A stretch of DNA of 64,000 nucleotides from Candidatus Obscuribacteraceae bacterium (GTDB taxonomy: Bacteria > Cyanobacteriota > Vampirovibrionia > Obscuribacterales > Obscuribacteraceae): the NCBI GenBank assembly GCA_044226015.1, contig JBGAHS010000006.1:1-64000 (forward strand), in the 5' to 3' direction. Positions 1 through 10,027 of the stretch are shown one piece after another (the first letter of the stretch is position 1; each line of letters starts with the position of its first letter). Made by a program: the position numbers and the translations under genes. The notes under the pieces were generated by a model. It was not told where the DNA came from and ran no database searches. It worked only from the letters and a program-made list of their open reading frames with translations.

Positions 1-176
1 GATAATGACCTTTCTTTTGTTTACTGGTTGCGACCTGAGTCGCTGGTTGAGAGGGTAGACTCGTGGTTGAAAGAGACTCTTGTTAGATTCCTTCAGCCGA
101 CGGTGAATTGTAAATTCACTAAGGAAAAATGAGGAGCAGCTCTTGCTGCTCCAGTAAAAATTTCTTTTATATCCTT

Positions 177-208
177 AGTGTAAGGCACCGAATATAGTGC
201 CTTACACT
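177..208. terminator. Perfect 12-bp stem-loop downstream of the 224-697 gene
   Basis: AGTGTAAGGCAC-N8-GTGCCTTACACT; no clear U-tract, so terminator function is uncertain. Confidence 0.4.
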
Positions 209-223
209 TGCTTGTGCTTCAGC

Positions 224-697
224 TCAGCGCGCTTTTTCGCGATCGAGCAGTTCCTCGAGAACCGTCCAGGTCATGCCGCCGAAGATGAGCAAGCAGCTGA
301 TGACGGTGCTGTGGAAGAACACCTTGAGGGCGAGCGGCACAGCGGCGCCGATGAACCAGGCGCTCGGCAAGATGACGAGTCCCGCGGCCAGGATGCATCC
401 CAGCGAGGTGACTCCGCTCGACCAGAGGAGAAACTGCTTGACGCTGAGACCGCGTTCGATCGTCAGAAGCGTTCCGACCATGAAGGCGGTGTAGAAGTCG
501 ATGAAAGCGATGCCCAGCGCGAAGCCCATGGAGCCGAGCGGGCCGAGTCCGAGGACAGAGCCGGCGACGAACTGCAGGATGAGCAGCAGCGTGAAAGCGA
601 TAGGCGCCCGATAGCCAGCCTCGCCCTTGTAGATGGCGATGACCCCTTCCAAGAAGGCGGCAGGAAGGCGGACGAGCATTTTGAGCAGATCCAACAT
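224..697 (-). CDS. Hypothetical integral membrane protein (157 aa)
   Basis: ATG with AGGA SD upstream; about 4 hydrophobic segments; co-oriented with neighbours. Confidence 0.75.
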   Translation of the reverse strand: MLDLLKMLVRLPAAFLEGVIAIYKGEAGYRAPIAFTLLLILQFVAGSVLGLGPLGSMGFALGIAFIDFYTAFMVGTLLTIERGLSVKQFLLWSSGVTSLGCILAAGLVILPSAWFIGAAVPLALKVFFHSTVISCLLIFGGMTWTVLEELLDREKAR

Positions 698-890
698 CTT
701 TGGAGTTCCTTTCTAGTTGGTGGCACCAGCGTTTGAAGTTGGCGGTGAATGTAAATTCACTAACGAATTGAGACCTGGGGCGCAGCATTGCTCGTCCCAG
801 GTCGTTTTTGCATCGACGTATTGTCGATGTGCTAGCGGATAGGTCATGTGCTTTTCCGCTTGTCGGTAGCACCGCCTTTGGTGACCATCG

Positions 891-1064
891 CTAATGAAGG
901 AGGCGCCTCCATATCTTCTTGTGTTTGGCTCTCAGGCGAAGCCCGAATTTGCCAACCATCAGTAAGACTGTGAGGAACGCCACCGTTCCATAGCGAAGAA
1001 ACCACCTTAGCGCCGCGAGATAGAACACGGCGAGCAAGGCTAAGAGCAGCCGAAGAACAAGCAT
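891..1064 (-). CDS. Small membrane protein (57 aa, MLVLRLLLALL...RRLLH), not in the ORF track
   Basis: Manual translation; AAGAAGGAG SD 6 nt before ATG; hydrophobic N-half and basic tail. Confidence 0.6.
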   Translation of the reverse strand: MLVLRLLLALLAVFYLAALRWFLRYGTVAFLTVLLMVGKFGLRLRAKHKKIWRRLLH

Positions 1065-1097
1065 GCTCGGCTCCTTCTTTATTGGGACTGAGAAAAC

Positions 1098-1931
1098 TCA
1101 GTCCAGGAAAATGTCGCGACGCAGACTCCTCGAAGGGTCTACCGCGTACTTGGTGAGGTCGTCAATGCGAGCCGCAATGAGGACTTCGCTGTCGACATAG
1201 AACTGCCCAGTGTGCTGGCGCGAGTCTTGCGTCAGAATGATATAGGCAGCGTCGGCGACGATGTCGGCAGTTCGACTCTGGCGCAGCAACTCCTGCCCGT
1301 TCGGGAAGTGAGCGACTGCCGCCGTGGCGATGAGCGTTTCCGGCCAGAGCGAATTCACAGCGATGCCCATGGGGGCAAACTCGCCGGCGAACGCCTGGGT
1401 CAGCAAGCTCATGTTGTACTTGGAAGTGGCGTAGGCAGGAAACTGCGGCAGCCACTTGCCCATGTGAGTCAGAGGCGGTGACATGGTCAGCACCTGCGGG
1501 TTGTCGCCCTTCATGAGATGGGGGAGGGCCAGCCGGGTGACCATGAAGGTGCCCTGGTGGTTGATGGCTTGCATCAACTGGTAACGCTTCGGGTCGATGC
1601 TCGCCGTGGGCGAGAGGTCGATCGCCGAAGCGTTGTTGACTACGATGTCGATGCCGCCGAATTCGGCGACGCCGGCTTCGATCGCCGCGGCAATTTGTTC
1701 GACCGTGCGGATATCGCAGACGACAGGAAGAGCCCGACCACCGCATGCACGAATTTCTTCGGCAGCACTGTGGATGGTGCCCTCTTTGCCCGCCGTCTGC
1801 TTATCGGTCTTGGCGGCGATTATGATGTTGGCGCCTTCCCTCGCGGCTCGTTTGGCGAGAGCCAGACCGATGCCACGGGATGCGCCAGTGATGAAAAGCG
1901 TTTTGCCTTTCAACGTTCTGTTCATTACCAT
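1098..1931 (-). CDS. NAD(P)-dependent short-chain dehydrogenase/reductase, HSDL2/AtuG-like
   Basis: TGASRGIG, VNNAS, YATSK (YxxxK) and NSLWP..IATAA motifs. Confidence 0.9.
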   Translation of the reverse strand: MVMNRTLKGKTLFITGASRGIGLALAKRAAREGANIIIAAKTDKQTAGKEGTIHSAAEEIRACGGRALPVVCDIRTVEQIAAAIEAGVAEFGGIDIVVNNASAIDLSPTASIDPKRYQLMQAINHQGTFMVTRLALPHLMKGDNPQVLTMSPPLTHMGKWLPQFPAYATSKYNMSLLTQAFAGEFAPMGIAVNSLWPETLIATAAVAHFPNGQELLRQSRTADIVADAAYIILTQDSRQHTGQFYVDSEVLIAARIDDLTKYAVDPSRSLRRDIFLD

Positions 1932-2007
1932 GTTTTCTGTTCCTTTCTCAGATGCTGTTAAGCACTGCTTTATTGTTTAGCTGCGCAGACTGGGCGATGT
2001 CAGGGAA

Positions 2008-2130
2008 TCACTCCTTGAACAGCCATTCGTTCAGCTTGACTGTGCCGTAGGCGATCATGGCGATGCCGAATTGCAAGCCGGCGACAAGCATGAAGGATGT
2101 CTGAGGGTTCATTTGTTCGCTGAGTGTCAT
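2008..2130 (-). CDS. Small single-TM protein (40 aa), paralog of 2411-2530
   Basis: MTLSEQMNPQTSFMLVAGLQFGIAMIAYGTVKLNEWLFKE; AAAGGAG SD; near-identical second copy. Confidence 0.75.
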   Translation of the reverse strand: MTLSEQMNPQTSFMLVAGLQFGIAMIAYGTVKLNEWLFKE

Positions 2131-2204
2131 TTTAACTCCTTTCTTTTCTCGGGTGCTGTAACGCACTGCTTGATTGTTTAGCTCCGCGCTAGGATGGCGC
2201 GAGG

Positions 2205-2327
2205 CTAGGAATTCCACTTGCCGGTGAAGAAGTCGATGACCTTGTCCGAGAACAGGACGAACAGAAACGTCCCGATCACACCGATGACGAAAACATTTCC
2301 GGGCGTCCAAAAGGTCTGTTCATGCAT
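2205..2327 (-). CDS. Small single-TM protein (40 aa)
   Basis: Manual translation MHEQTFWTPGNVFVIGVIGTFLFVLFSDKVIDFFTGKWNS; AAGGAAG SD. Confidence 0.65.
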   Translation of the reverse strand: MHEQTFWTPGNVFVIGVIGTFLFVLFSDKVIDFFTGKWNS

Positions 2328-2410
2328 TGTTTGCTTCCTTTCTTTTCTCGGGTGCTTGAAAGCACGGTTTGATTGTTTAACAGCGCAGCAGGCTGGGCGA
2401 TGTCAGGGAA

Positions 2411-2530
2411 TCACTCCTTGAACAGCCATTCGCTCAGCTTGACCGTGCCGTAGGCGAGCAAGGCGATGCTGAATTGCAAGCCGGCGATAAGCATGCAGGA
2501 TGTCTGAGGGGGCATTTCGCTGAGTGTCAT
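2411..2530 (-). CDS. Small single-TM protein (39 aa), paralog of 2008-2130
   Basis: MTLSEMPPQTSCMLIAGLQFSIALLAYGTVKLSEWLFKE; AAAGGAG SD. Confidence 0.75.
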   Translation of the reverse strand: MTLSEMPPQTSCMLIAGLQFSIALLAYGTVKLSEWLFKE

Positions 2531-2565
2531 ATTAGCTCCTTTCTTTTTGCGGTGCCGAGGCACTG

Positions 2566-3447
2566 CTAGTTGAGAAAGGTCTCGCTCGCGTGCTCGATGA
2601 TTTTGCGCATGCGAATGAGACCGGCTAGATAGAGAGCAGCTGCCTTCTCGCCGACTTCGCGGTGATTCGAGTCTGGCAGCGAGATGAACAATCGCCGCGA
2701 CGCACGAGTGCGAGCGCTGCCGAAATTCTCCTCGCCGTGATGGAAAGGAATGGTTTCGTCTTGTTCAGCGTGCACTACCAGCAGCGGATGCAGCCAGTCG
2801 CGCAATATGCTTCGAGTATCCAGCTGATTGCTGGGATGCAGAAAGCCCGGGAATATGCGCGTGAACGGCACATGCTCGCGACCGATGTCAGCCAGCGATG
2901 TGAACGTGTTGCGCAGGACGAGCCCAGCCGGGTGTCTGTGTTTGCAGACATAGCTGGCGACGCCACCGCCGAGCGATTCGCCTACGATGAGGATTTCCTC
3001 GGGGTCGTATCCGAGTTTCTCGAAAGCGTAGTCGAAGAAGGCGAGCCCGTCTTGACACACTGAAGTGATGGACGGCAGCGGTCCTTTCGTTTCGCCGAAG
3101 CCTCGATATTCACCGATGAACACCGCGTAGCCCGCCGCCAGAAGGCGTTCGACTTCGTCGATGCAATTGGAGATGCTCGAGCCGCGACCCACATAGTAAA
3201 TCGCAAGCGTGCCCTTGAGCTTGTCGCTGCGACCGAAGAACCATGCATTCATGGCTCGTCCATCGATGCTGCGAACCGCGTGCTGAACCTTGTGAATCCA
3301 CGGGAACTCACGCACCACGTTGGGGTCAGATTTCCTTGCGGTCTTGTCGATGAAGATGCGCCGCCGGTAATACCACTGTCCGAAGCGCGGGCTCGCGGCG
3401 AGGTACAGCAGCACGATAACGCAGCCGACTGCATATGTCGTTTGCAT
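2566..3447 (-). CDS. Membrane-anchored alpha/beta hydrolase (ABHD13/17-like)
   Basis: N-terminal TM; EYRGFG; nucleophile elbow GESLGG; HAEQDETIP; C-terminal His. Confidence 0.88.
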   Translation of the reverse strand: MQTTYAVGCVIVLLYLAASPRFGQWYYRRRIFIDKTARKSDPNVVREFPWIHKVQHAVRSIDGRAMNAWFFGRSDKLKGTLAIYYVGRGSSISNCIDEVERLLAAGYAVFIGEYRGFGETKGPLPSITSVCQDGLAFFDYAFEKLGYDPEEILIVGESLGGGVASYVCKHRHPAGLVLRNTFTSLADIGREHVPFTRIFPGFLHPSNQLDTRSILRDWLHPLLVVHAEQDETIPFHHGEENFGSARTRASRRLFISLPDSNHREVGEKAAALYLAGLIRMRKIIEHASETFLN

Positions 3448-3483
3448 TGTCTACTCCTTGCTTTGCTGACCAGGAATTCCTTC

Positions 3484-3822
3484 CTAGCGCTTTCCTTGAT
3501 TTTTTTTGACTTCAGCCCAGAAACTTGTCGACCAGTCGGTCGGCTTTTTCTGGACTCGAGCCATTCTCGCTTTCGAGCTTTCGATCGCGATGTCGAGCAG
3601 CTCTTGTCCTCGCGGAAGATCCGCAAGCGAGCAACTCCACCTGACAGTGCTGTCGCCGATTTTGCCGACGGTAGCAGTCCAGCTCGATGAAAGTTTCTGG
3701 TCGGCTCCGTCGAGCAGCTTGAGCTCGATGATTTGACCCTCGAAGTCTCCGTTTCGAATGGTGATTCGATTCACCTTGCTGAGCAAGCGCTGTGCGAGGT
3801 GAGATTTTGGATGTTTAGACAT
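3484..3822 (-). CDS. Hypothetical protein (112 aa)
   Basis: ATG with GGAAGGAAG SD; fills the gap between co-oriented genes. Confidence 0.65.
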   Translation of the reverse strand: MSKHPKSHLAQRLLSKVNRITIRNGDFEGQIIELKLLDGADQKLSSSWTATVGKIGDSTVRWSCSLADLPRGQELLDIAIESSKARMARVQKKPTDWSTSFWAEVKKNQGKR

Positions 3823-3938
3823 TTGTCTTCCTTCCGATGTAAACTTGAAGACCCGTCGTAGACACAGTCAGCCGACGGGTCTTCGTGATTGCGAGGACCG
3901 GCCCTGGTCTGGGCTCGATCTCGTTACAGGTGTGGCGC

Positions 3939-5594
3939 TTAATTGGCGCTCTTGTGATTCTTGGACTTGAGGAAGTCCAGCGCGCTGTTGACTTGCGCGT
4001 CATTGGGCTTGTAGTACTGCGCGTCGAGCGGTTCTTCCACGACGATTTCGGGCTTGACGCCGTTGCGATGCTTGTAAGCGTCGCCAGGCCACTGGCCGTC
4101 CTTCAGGAAGTAACGCCCGATGGTGACCGAGAGTCGCGTGTAGTTCGGCGCAGGACCGTTGGCTTGTTCGATGCCTTTGCCGAAGCTGAGCTCGCCGATG
4201 AGAGTCGCACCTTCGAAGTGATTGTGTTCTTCGTCGATGATGCGATTCTGCGACAACGCGCCAGCTGTAACCTCCGACGCTGACGCACTCATGCCATTGA
4301 TGAGCACCACCATCGGTGGCAGTCCTTCAATGAAGGGAACGTCGATGTCGGCGCTCTTCTGCTCGAAGGTTTTTCCGTCGACCCACGATTTTGTAACCGT
4401 GACCCGCTGAGGCTTCGAGACCTTTCCAGTGCTCTCGTCGCGGACGCTGCGGTAGAGAGCGCCATTCTTGCGTTCCCAGGTCACCGTCTGGTAACGAGGA
4501 TTGTCCGGCGAACCAGTAATGCGTTCGCGGCTGCTCACGAGCACGCCGTTCTTCACGTTGTAGGAAGCCGTGAACACAGCCTCATCCCAGAGACCGCCGC
4601 CATTGTTGCGCTCGTCGATGATGATGCCACGCGCACCGTTGTCACGCAGACCTTCGAGCAGCTGCAGCATTTTGCCGCTGACGCCCTCGCTCCACGTGTT
4701 GACGATAATCGAGTAGTATCCATCGCCGAGGTCTTTCAGCCAGACGGGTTCCGAAGGAACGTTGCCACGAGTGACAGTGCGTTCGTATTCGGTGTCGCCC
4801 CGCTTCAAGGTCAGCTTGACGCTCGTGCCAGCCTTGCCCATGAGCAAGTCTTTGATGACGTGGTCGAAGTTGCCACCCAGCACGCTCTGCCCATCGACCT
4901 TGATGAGCTGATCACCGTCGGCGATACCAGCCTTTTCGGCAGGACCGCCGCCGACAACATGGTAGATGTTTCCCGTGAACTCGAATTGCGGCTCGTGAGG
5001 CTTCCCGTTATCGAGCGGTGCTGCCATCGTGCGAGAGCGATCGATAGAGAAGAGCAGCCCGACGCCTTCGATTTGCGACATGTTCGCCAATCGGGCAGTC
5101 ATCGCCTTCGCGTCCTGGGGAGGCAGGACATGCGTCCACGGGTCGTCGAAGGCATCGGCGAGGCGCTTGTTGACGTAGTCGAGCGTCTCTTTGAGTTCGA
5201 CTCCCTTCGGGCAAGATGCCTGCGCCGACTTCAGGTTGAGCTTGCGAAGCCCCTCTGCGTCGTAGGTGCGCATCGCGATGTCGGAGAGAAACTGGCGACA
5301 GAAGTTGTCGCTGAAGCCATCCATCCATTCATCGAAATAGCGCCCGCGAATCGACGGGTCTGCTTCCGACATGCGTTCCAGAAAGAACGGGTCGGTGAGC
5401 AACTGCTTCTTTTTCTCGTCGCTCAGCGCATGGAATTGATTTCCTCGAGCTTCATCGAGAGAAATCGTGAGCCGACCCGACTGTGCGACAGGCACCTGTC
5501 GAAGGCTCTGAACATCTCGCTGACCCCACGGTTGTGTGGCCAGCAGAGCGAGCGCCGCAGCTGCCGCTACGACGATCGTCAATTTTTTCAACAT
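3939..5594 (-). CDS. S41 family C-terminal processing peptidase with PDZ domain
   Basis: Signal/TM N-terminus; PDZ (GGPAEKAGIADGD); IDERNNGGG; SASASE (Ser); SFGKG (Lys); GVKPEI. Confidence 0.92.
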   Translation of the reverse strand: MLKKLTIVVAAAAALALLATQPWGQRDVQSLRQVPVAQSGRLTISLDEARGNQFHALSDEKKKQLLTDPFFLERMSEADPSIRGRYFDEWMDGFSDNFCRQFLSDIAMRTYDAEGLRKLNLKSAQASCPKGVELKETLDYVNKRLADAFDDPWTHVLPPQDAKAMTARLANMSQIEGVGLLFSIDRSRTMAAPLDNGKPHEPQFEFTGNIYHVVGGGPAEKAGIADGDQLIKVDGQSVLGGNFDHVIKDLLMGKAGTSVKLTLKRGDTEYERTVTRGNVPSEPVWLKDLGDGYYSIIVNTWSEGVSGKMLQLLEGLRDNGARGIIIDERNNGGGLWDEAVFTASYNVKNGVLVSSRERITGSPDNPRYQTVTWERKNGALYRSVRDESTGKVSKPQRVTVTKSWVDGKTFEQKSADIDVPFIEGLPPMVVLINGMSASASEVTAGALSQNRIIDEEHNHFEGATLIGELSFGKGIEQANGPAPNYTRLSVTIGRYFLKDGQWPGDAYKHRNGVKPEIVVEEPLDAQYYKPNDAQVNSALDFLKSKNHKSAN

Positions 5595-5595
5595 C

Positions 5596-5715
5596 TTAGT
5601 TTCCTTTCTTTTTCTTGTTCTTCACGCGTACTGGAACCGGTTGAGCTTGCGAGCGATTGCCCAGCAAACCCAGCAGCCCGAGTGCGCCAAGAAGTCCGAT
5701 TAAGCCAGGTGTCAT
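5596..5715 (-). CDS. Small TM peptide with basic tail (39 aa)
   Basis: MTPGLIGLLGALGLLGLLGNRSQAQPVPVRVKNKKKKGN; AAGGAG SD; stop abuts the S41 start. Confidence 0.55.
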   Translation of the reverse strand: MTPGLIGLLGALGLLGLLGNRSQAQPVPVRVKNKKKKGN

Positions 5716-5805
5716 TTTTGACTCCTTAGTATTCTCATGCCGGCGGACCACGTATCCGCAAGCATATTCTTGTGATACTGCACGTGGTGCAGAGTCTCTG
5801 CTTTG

Positions 5806-5961
5806 TCAGAACGACCAAAAGCCCTCACTTGCGTTTTTGATCAGTTGGGATTCGACAATCGCCGCTTGTGACGAAACGAATTGTGCAACGGCATTGCTGA
5901 GAAGCAGCGCCGCCGCAAAGAAGCAGATGATGAAAACGGCACGAATGACCGTCTCCTGCAT
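5806..5961 (-). CDS. Small membrane/exported protein (51 aa)
   Basis: Manual translation MQETVIRAVFIICFFAAALLL...EGFWSF; AGGAGAAGGG SD. Confidence 0.55.
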   Translation of the reverse strand: MQETVIRAVFIICFFAAALLLSNAVAQFVSSQAAIVESQLIKNASEGFWSF

Positions 5962-5992
5962 TTTCCCTTCTCCTTTGCTCTTAAGCTGGGTT

Positions 5993-6292
5993 TCAACGGC
6001 TCGTGCGAATCTGGTGGAATTTCACAAGTGTGAAGCAGATCGCGCAGGAGATTGAAACGAAGCCCATTGGCGTTCCCCAGCTGAAGTAAGCCAGGACGTA
6101 GCCAGGCAGAAAGGAGGCGACGATGTAGATGTCGCTCAGGGTGCTAAAAAAGTCTCCCGTTCTGTTCGAGAAATTTATCAGGATGTATTCAGCAAGCCAG
6201 AACAGGAAGAACGGCAAGATGAACCCGATGATGACGCCGACGAGGATTTGTGCGTTGGCGGTGTCGGATATGGTGCTGAGGCATTCGTTCAT
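5993..6292 (-). CDS. Membrane protein (99 aa), paralog of 6363-6689
   Basis: Three hydrophobic segments; shares IGFILPF, SFLPGYV, WGTP and CA.(F/Y)TLV with its neighbour. Confidence 0.75.
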   Translation of the reverse strand: MNECLSTISDTANAQILVGVIIGFILPFFLFWLAEYILINFSNRTGDFFSTLSDIYIVASFLPGYVLAYFSWGTPMGFVSISCAICFTLVKFHQIRTSR

Positions 6293-6362
6293 TTGCTTTG
6301 CTTTCGCTTGCGTTGAGCTCTCTAAACTTTGCGCTTAGATTTCCCTCTAACGCGCTCCTTTG

Positions 6363-6689
6363 CTAGACGGCGCCGTCGCGTTTCTTGAACTCGTTGCGCA
6401 TGACCAGCGTGTAGAAGATCGCGGCGCAGAGAGCTCCTACCGAAATGGGAGTGCCCCATTTGAGAATTGCGGTGACATAGCCCGGGAGAAACGATCCCAA
6501 AACCAGGGTCAGACCGATGATGGCGGTGGCGTCGCTGTTTTTTTCGGAACAGCAGGTGAAAAGCATTCCCAGCCCCATCATAGCGAAGGGCAGGATAAAG
6601 CCGATCGCAATGCCGCAGAGGAAGTCGGCGGCGGTCGGATTGGCCAGAACATTTGCGTATGCGATCATCGCGTCCAAAAATGTATTCAT
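6363..6689 (-). CDS. Membrane protein (108 aa), paralog of 5993-6292
   Basis: Same shared motifs as 5993-6292. Confidence 0.78.
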   Translation of the reverse strand: MNTFLDAMIAYANVLANPTAADFLCGIAIGFILPFAMMGLGMLFTCCSEKNSDATAIIGLTLVLGSFLPGYVTAILKWGTPISVGALCAAIFYTLVMRNEFKKRDGAV

Positions 6690-6773
6690 CTTATAGCCTT
6701 TCGTTTTCTTGTGTTGAGTTCGGCGCGGAATTGCGCCGAACTCTCTCTTACTGCGAAATTCGCAGTTGCTCGA

Positions 6774-7820
6774 TCAGAGACCAGCAGGACGCGGGCAGGC
6801 GCCGCCGTTCATCTTCTCGAGTTCCACGACGCGATCCGGAATCGGCGGATGGTCGTAGTGAAGCTCGGTCCAGAGCTTCTTCAGCTTGGCGATGAAGCCG
6901 CCGTCCTTCGGCTGCTCTTCGACCGTTGTCGCGTCGAACATCGGGTTGATGATGATCGCGTGATTCAGCGACGCCCAGAGAGCCTTCTCGCGCTGCGTCT
7001 GCGGACGATGCGTTTCGACGAACTTGGCGAGCTTCAGCAGACCGGTCGCCAGAGCGCACGGGTTCTGCGTGAACTCCGCGCCCAGTGCGTCGGCGCCCGA
7101 CTCGCGAGAGCGAACCACGAAGAGCTGAACGATGCGCATCAGCTGCTGCGCGACGTAAAAGATCGCATTGGAGATGATGGTTCCGACAATCGCCGGAAGC
7201 AACTTCTTGTTCTCCAGACCGACCGGACGCTTGATCACCTTGATCATCGAGACCCAGCCGTCGACGACAGCCGCGAAGATCTGGAAGAAGAGCGTCGAGA
7301 ACACGCCGAAGAGCGAGTTGATGCCGACGTCGCCGTTCTTGACGTGAGCGAGCTCATGCGCAAGAACGCCTTCGATTTCGTCGTCCGTCATGCCCATCTC
7401 CGGGTCGAGCAGTCCAGCCGTGATGGCGATGACCGCGCGAGCGGGGAAGGGTCCGGTGGCGAAAGCGTTCGGCAGCGGATTCGGCGCGAAGTAAACCGGC
7501 GGCATGTGCGTCAGCCCGGTCTTGGGCATGAGGCGCTCGACGATCGGATAGACGCGCTTGCCCTCGGCGCTCTCGCGATCGAGCGGGATGGATTTCGTGA
7601 TGTAGAGCGAAATCTTGTCCGAGAACATCCAGCTGAGCACGCCGATCAGCGGATAGAGCAGCCAGAATCCCGCCTGGAAGCGGAAGCTGAAGCCCGTCGC
7701 CCAGAAGGCGATCCACATGAAGGCGCCGAGAAGGGCGAAGCCGCCGATCGTCTGCAGCCAGGTTTGCATGCGGCGGTGCTTGATGGCGTCGCCGTCCACA
7801 TTGCGAATATTCTGAGTCAT
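6774..7820 (-). CDS. htpX: M48 zinc metalloprotease, HtpX-like
   Basis: PNAFATG, TAGLL, GVLAHELAHVKNGD (HEXXH), RSRESGAD, HPP..DRV; start set at MTQNIRN after AAAGGA. Confidence 0.9.
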   Translation of the reverse strand: MTQNIRNVDGDAIKHRRMQTWLQTIGGFALLGAFMWIAFWATGFSFRFQAGFWLLYPLIGVLSWMFSDKISLYITKSIPLDRESAEGKRVYPIVERLMPKTGLTHMPPVYFAPNPLPNAFATGPFPARAVIAITAGLLDPEMGMTDDEIEGVLAHELAHVKNGDVGINSLFGVFSTLFFQIFAAVVDGWVSMIKVIKRPVGLENKKLLPAIVGTIISNAIFYVAQQLMRIVQLFVVRSRESGADALGAEFTQNPCALATGLLKLAKFVETHRPQTQREKALWASLNHAIIINPMFDATTVEEQPKDGGFIAKLKKLWTELHYDHPPIPDRVVELEKMNGGACPRPAGL

Positions 7821-7973
7821 CTTGTTTCCTTTCCTGTTGATAAAGAGTCGACTCTGAGCCAATCTCAGAGTCGACATGTTGAACTCAGTTGACTTTCGGT
7901 CAGGCGCAGTGCGTCTGACCTGCAAGAGTGATAGCCGCACTTTCGCTGAGAACTCGCCCGTGGGCGAGCTCTT

Positions 7974-9902
7974 TTATTGACCGCGCTTCTTCTCGGCGTT
8001 CGCGTAGAGCGCGTCGAGTTCGGGCTTGAAGCGCTTCTGCAAGACCTTCCCGCGAATCTTCTTCGACTCGGTGATGATCTTGTTGCGCTCGGTCGGCTCG
8101 ATCGGCACGATGTGCACGTACTGAACCTTCTCATAATGGCTCAGCGCGTCGCCCTTATTCGCGGCAACGCGAGCCGCTTCGACGGCGGCGATGACTTCCG
8201 GCTGCGCGGAGTACCACGCATACGGGTCTTCAGCAGCCGGCACCGGCCGCGATACCAGCTTCTTCGCCTCGACGATGTCGATCCAGACCAGAGCCGTGGC
8301 GAACTTGCGCTTGAGCGACTCGCCGACGGCATATTGGATGATCGACTGCGTGCTGAGCGCGCCGGCGATCTTCTGCAGATTGACGAACTTGCCGCCGGCG
8401 TTCTTCACGCTGTCACTGGCGCGACCGACGATGAAGATGAAGCCGTCCTCGTCGATGCGACCGAGGTCGCCCGTCTTGAACCAGCCGTCTTCGGTCATGA
8501 CAGCGCGAGTGGCTTCCTCCTTCTTCCAGTAGCCGGAGAAGAGAATCGGCCCGCGAATCAGAATCTCGCCGACGCCGGGCTCGAGGTCTTCGATGTCAGC
8601 CGCGTCCATGTCGGACGGCGGAGCAATCTTGACCTCGACGCCCGGAAGCGGCAGACCGACAGAGCCGACCTTGTTCTTCGGACCCTTCATGTTCACCCAG
8701 CCCGGACGGTTGGTGGTGCACCCGCCGAGCGTTTCGGTGAGCCCGTAGCCCTCGACGATTTCGATGCCGATGCGACGAAGGAAACGCAGAACTTCAGCCG
8801 ACGCCGCACCACCGCCCGAGACTCCGAGCCGCACCGCGCCACCCAGCTTGGCCGCGATCTTCTTCAGGAGCGCCCTGTCGAAGAACTTGCCGCTGGCCGA
8901 GTTGGGGTCCGAATTGATCGCCATCTTCAGAATGTGAACCCAGAGACCGACCGAGTTCAGCATCTTCGGCAGCCTGTCCTGCGGGTTCTGGGACGCCTTG
9001 AAGATGCGTTCCCAGATGGCAGGCACGCCCAGAAGCATCGTCGGATGCACCCAGTTCACATCGGCCCGCATCGTGTCCGCCGTCGAGAAGGCGAACGGAA
9101 TGCCGTTCCAGATGAGCATGCCGCAGTTGTCGAGGCGATCGAAGATGTGGCGCAGCGCCAGATAGACGATGCCCTGGTCCTTCATCGTGTCGAGCTGCAG
9201 GTCCACCTCGTCCGACGACATGGCAGTCAGCTTTGCCGAGATGGCCTTGTGCGAGATCATGCAGCCCTTGGGGTCGCCTGTGGAACCCGAGGTATACACG
9301 ATGCTCGCCAGGTCAAAGGCTTCGCGATCGAAACGACCGAGCGCGATATTGACGGCGACGAAGAAGGCATGGGTGTACTCCTCGTTCGAGTGGGCCAACT
9401 CGGGTCCGCGCGAGCTGTTCGCGAGAACCCAATGATAGAAATCAGCCTTGCTGGCGACTTCGGGCTGAACGATGTTCGGAACCCCGAGCAGGTTGATGAT
9501 GGCGCTCGCCGCATAGTCGTGCTGTTCGTTGGCGATGTTGGCGAGCTTGATGACGCCTTCCAACGTATCGTTCATCACGATCGCGACGCGCGAGCCGGAA
9601 TCACGCAGGATGTAAGCGGCGTCGGTCTCCGAGCTGTCGAGCCCGATCGGAACGACGACAGCGCCGAGCGCCTGAGCTGCGAAGTCGGCCCAGACCCACG
9701 CCGGCTCGTTGCCGCCGAGAATGGCGACACGATCACCGTGCTTCACGCCCTGCTGGCGCAGCGCCATGATGAGCGAAACCGTGCCGAGCAGCGACTCTTC
9801 CTTGCCGAACTTGAGGACCTGACCCTCATGCGTGAAGCTCATCGTCGAGGCGATGCCTTCGTCACGAAGAAGGGAGAAGAAGAATTTTTCGAAGAGGTAC
9901 AT
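7974..9902 (-). CDS. Long-chain fatty acid-CoA ligase (AMP-binding, FadD-like)
   Basis: YTSGSTGDPKG, EGYGLTET, GYWK, GWFKTGDLG. Confidence 0.93.
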   Translation of the reverse strand: MYLFEKFFFSLLRDEGIASTMSFTHEGQVLKFGKEESLLGTVSLIMALRQQGVKHGDRVAILGGNEPAWVWADFAAQALGAVVVPIGLDSSETDAAYILRDSGSRVAIVMNDTLEGVIKLANIANEQHDYAASAIINLLGVPNIVQPEVASKADFYHWVLANSSRGPELAHSNEEYTHAFFVAVNIALGRFDREAFDLASIVYTSGSTGDPKGCMISHKAISAKLTAMSSDEVDLQLDTMKDQGIVYLALRHIFDRLDNCGMLIWNGIPFAFSTADTMRADVNWVHPTMLLGVPAIWERIFKASQNPQDRLPKMLNSVGLWVHILKMAINSDPNSASGKFFDRALLKKIAAKLGGAVRLGVSGGGAASAEVLRFLRRIGIEIVEGYGLTETLGGCTTNRPGWVNMKGPKNKVGSVGLPLPGVEVKIAPPSDMDAADIEDLEPGVGEILIRGPILFSGYWKKEEATRAVMTEDGWFKTGDLGRIDEDGFIFIVGRASDSVKNAGGKFVNLQKIAGALSTQSIIQYAVGESLKRKFATALVWIDIVEAKKLVSRPVPAAEDPYAWYSAQPEVIAAVEAARVAANKGDALSHYEKVQYVHIVPIEPTERNKIITESKKIRGKVLQKRFKPELDALYANAEKKRGQ

Positions 9903-10027
9903 GCTGTTTTCTCCATGTTGAAGCGCTGGAAGGAAGGCTTTGCCTTCATGTTTCCAGCAGGTTGAACTTTTCTGTTTGCATTAACCAAGGGTGGTGGCAT
10001 GGGGTGCTACTTGCACCCCACGCCTAC

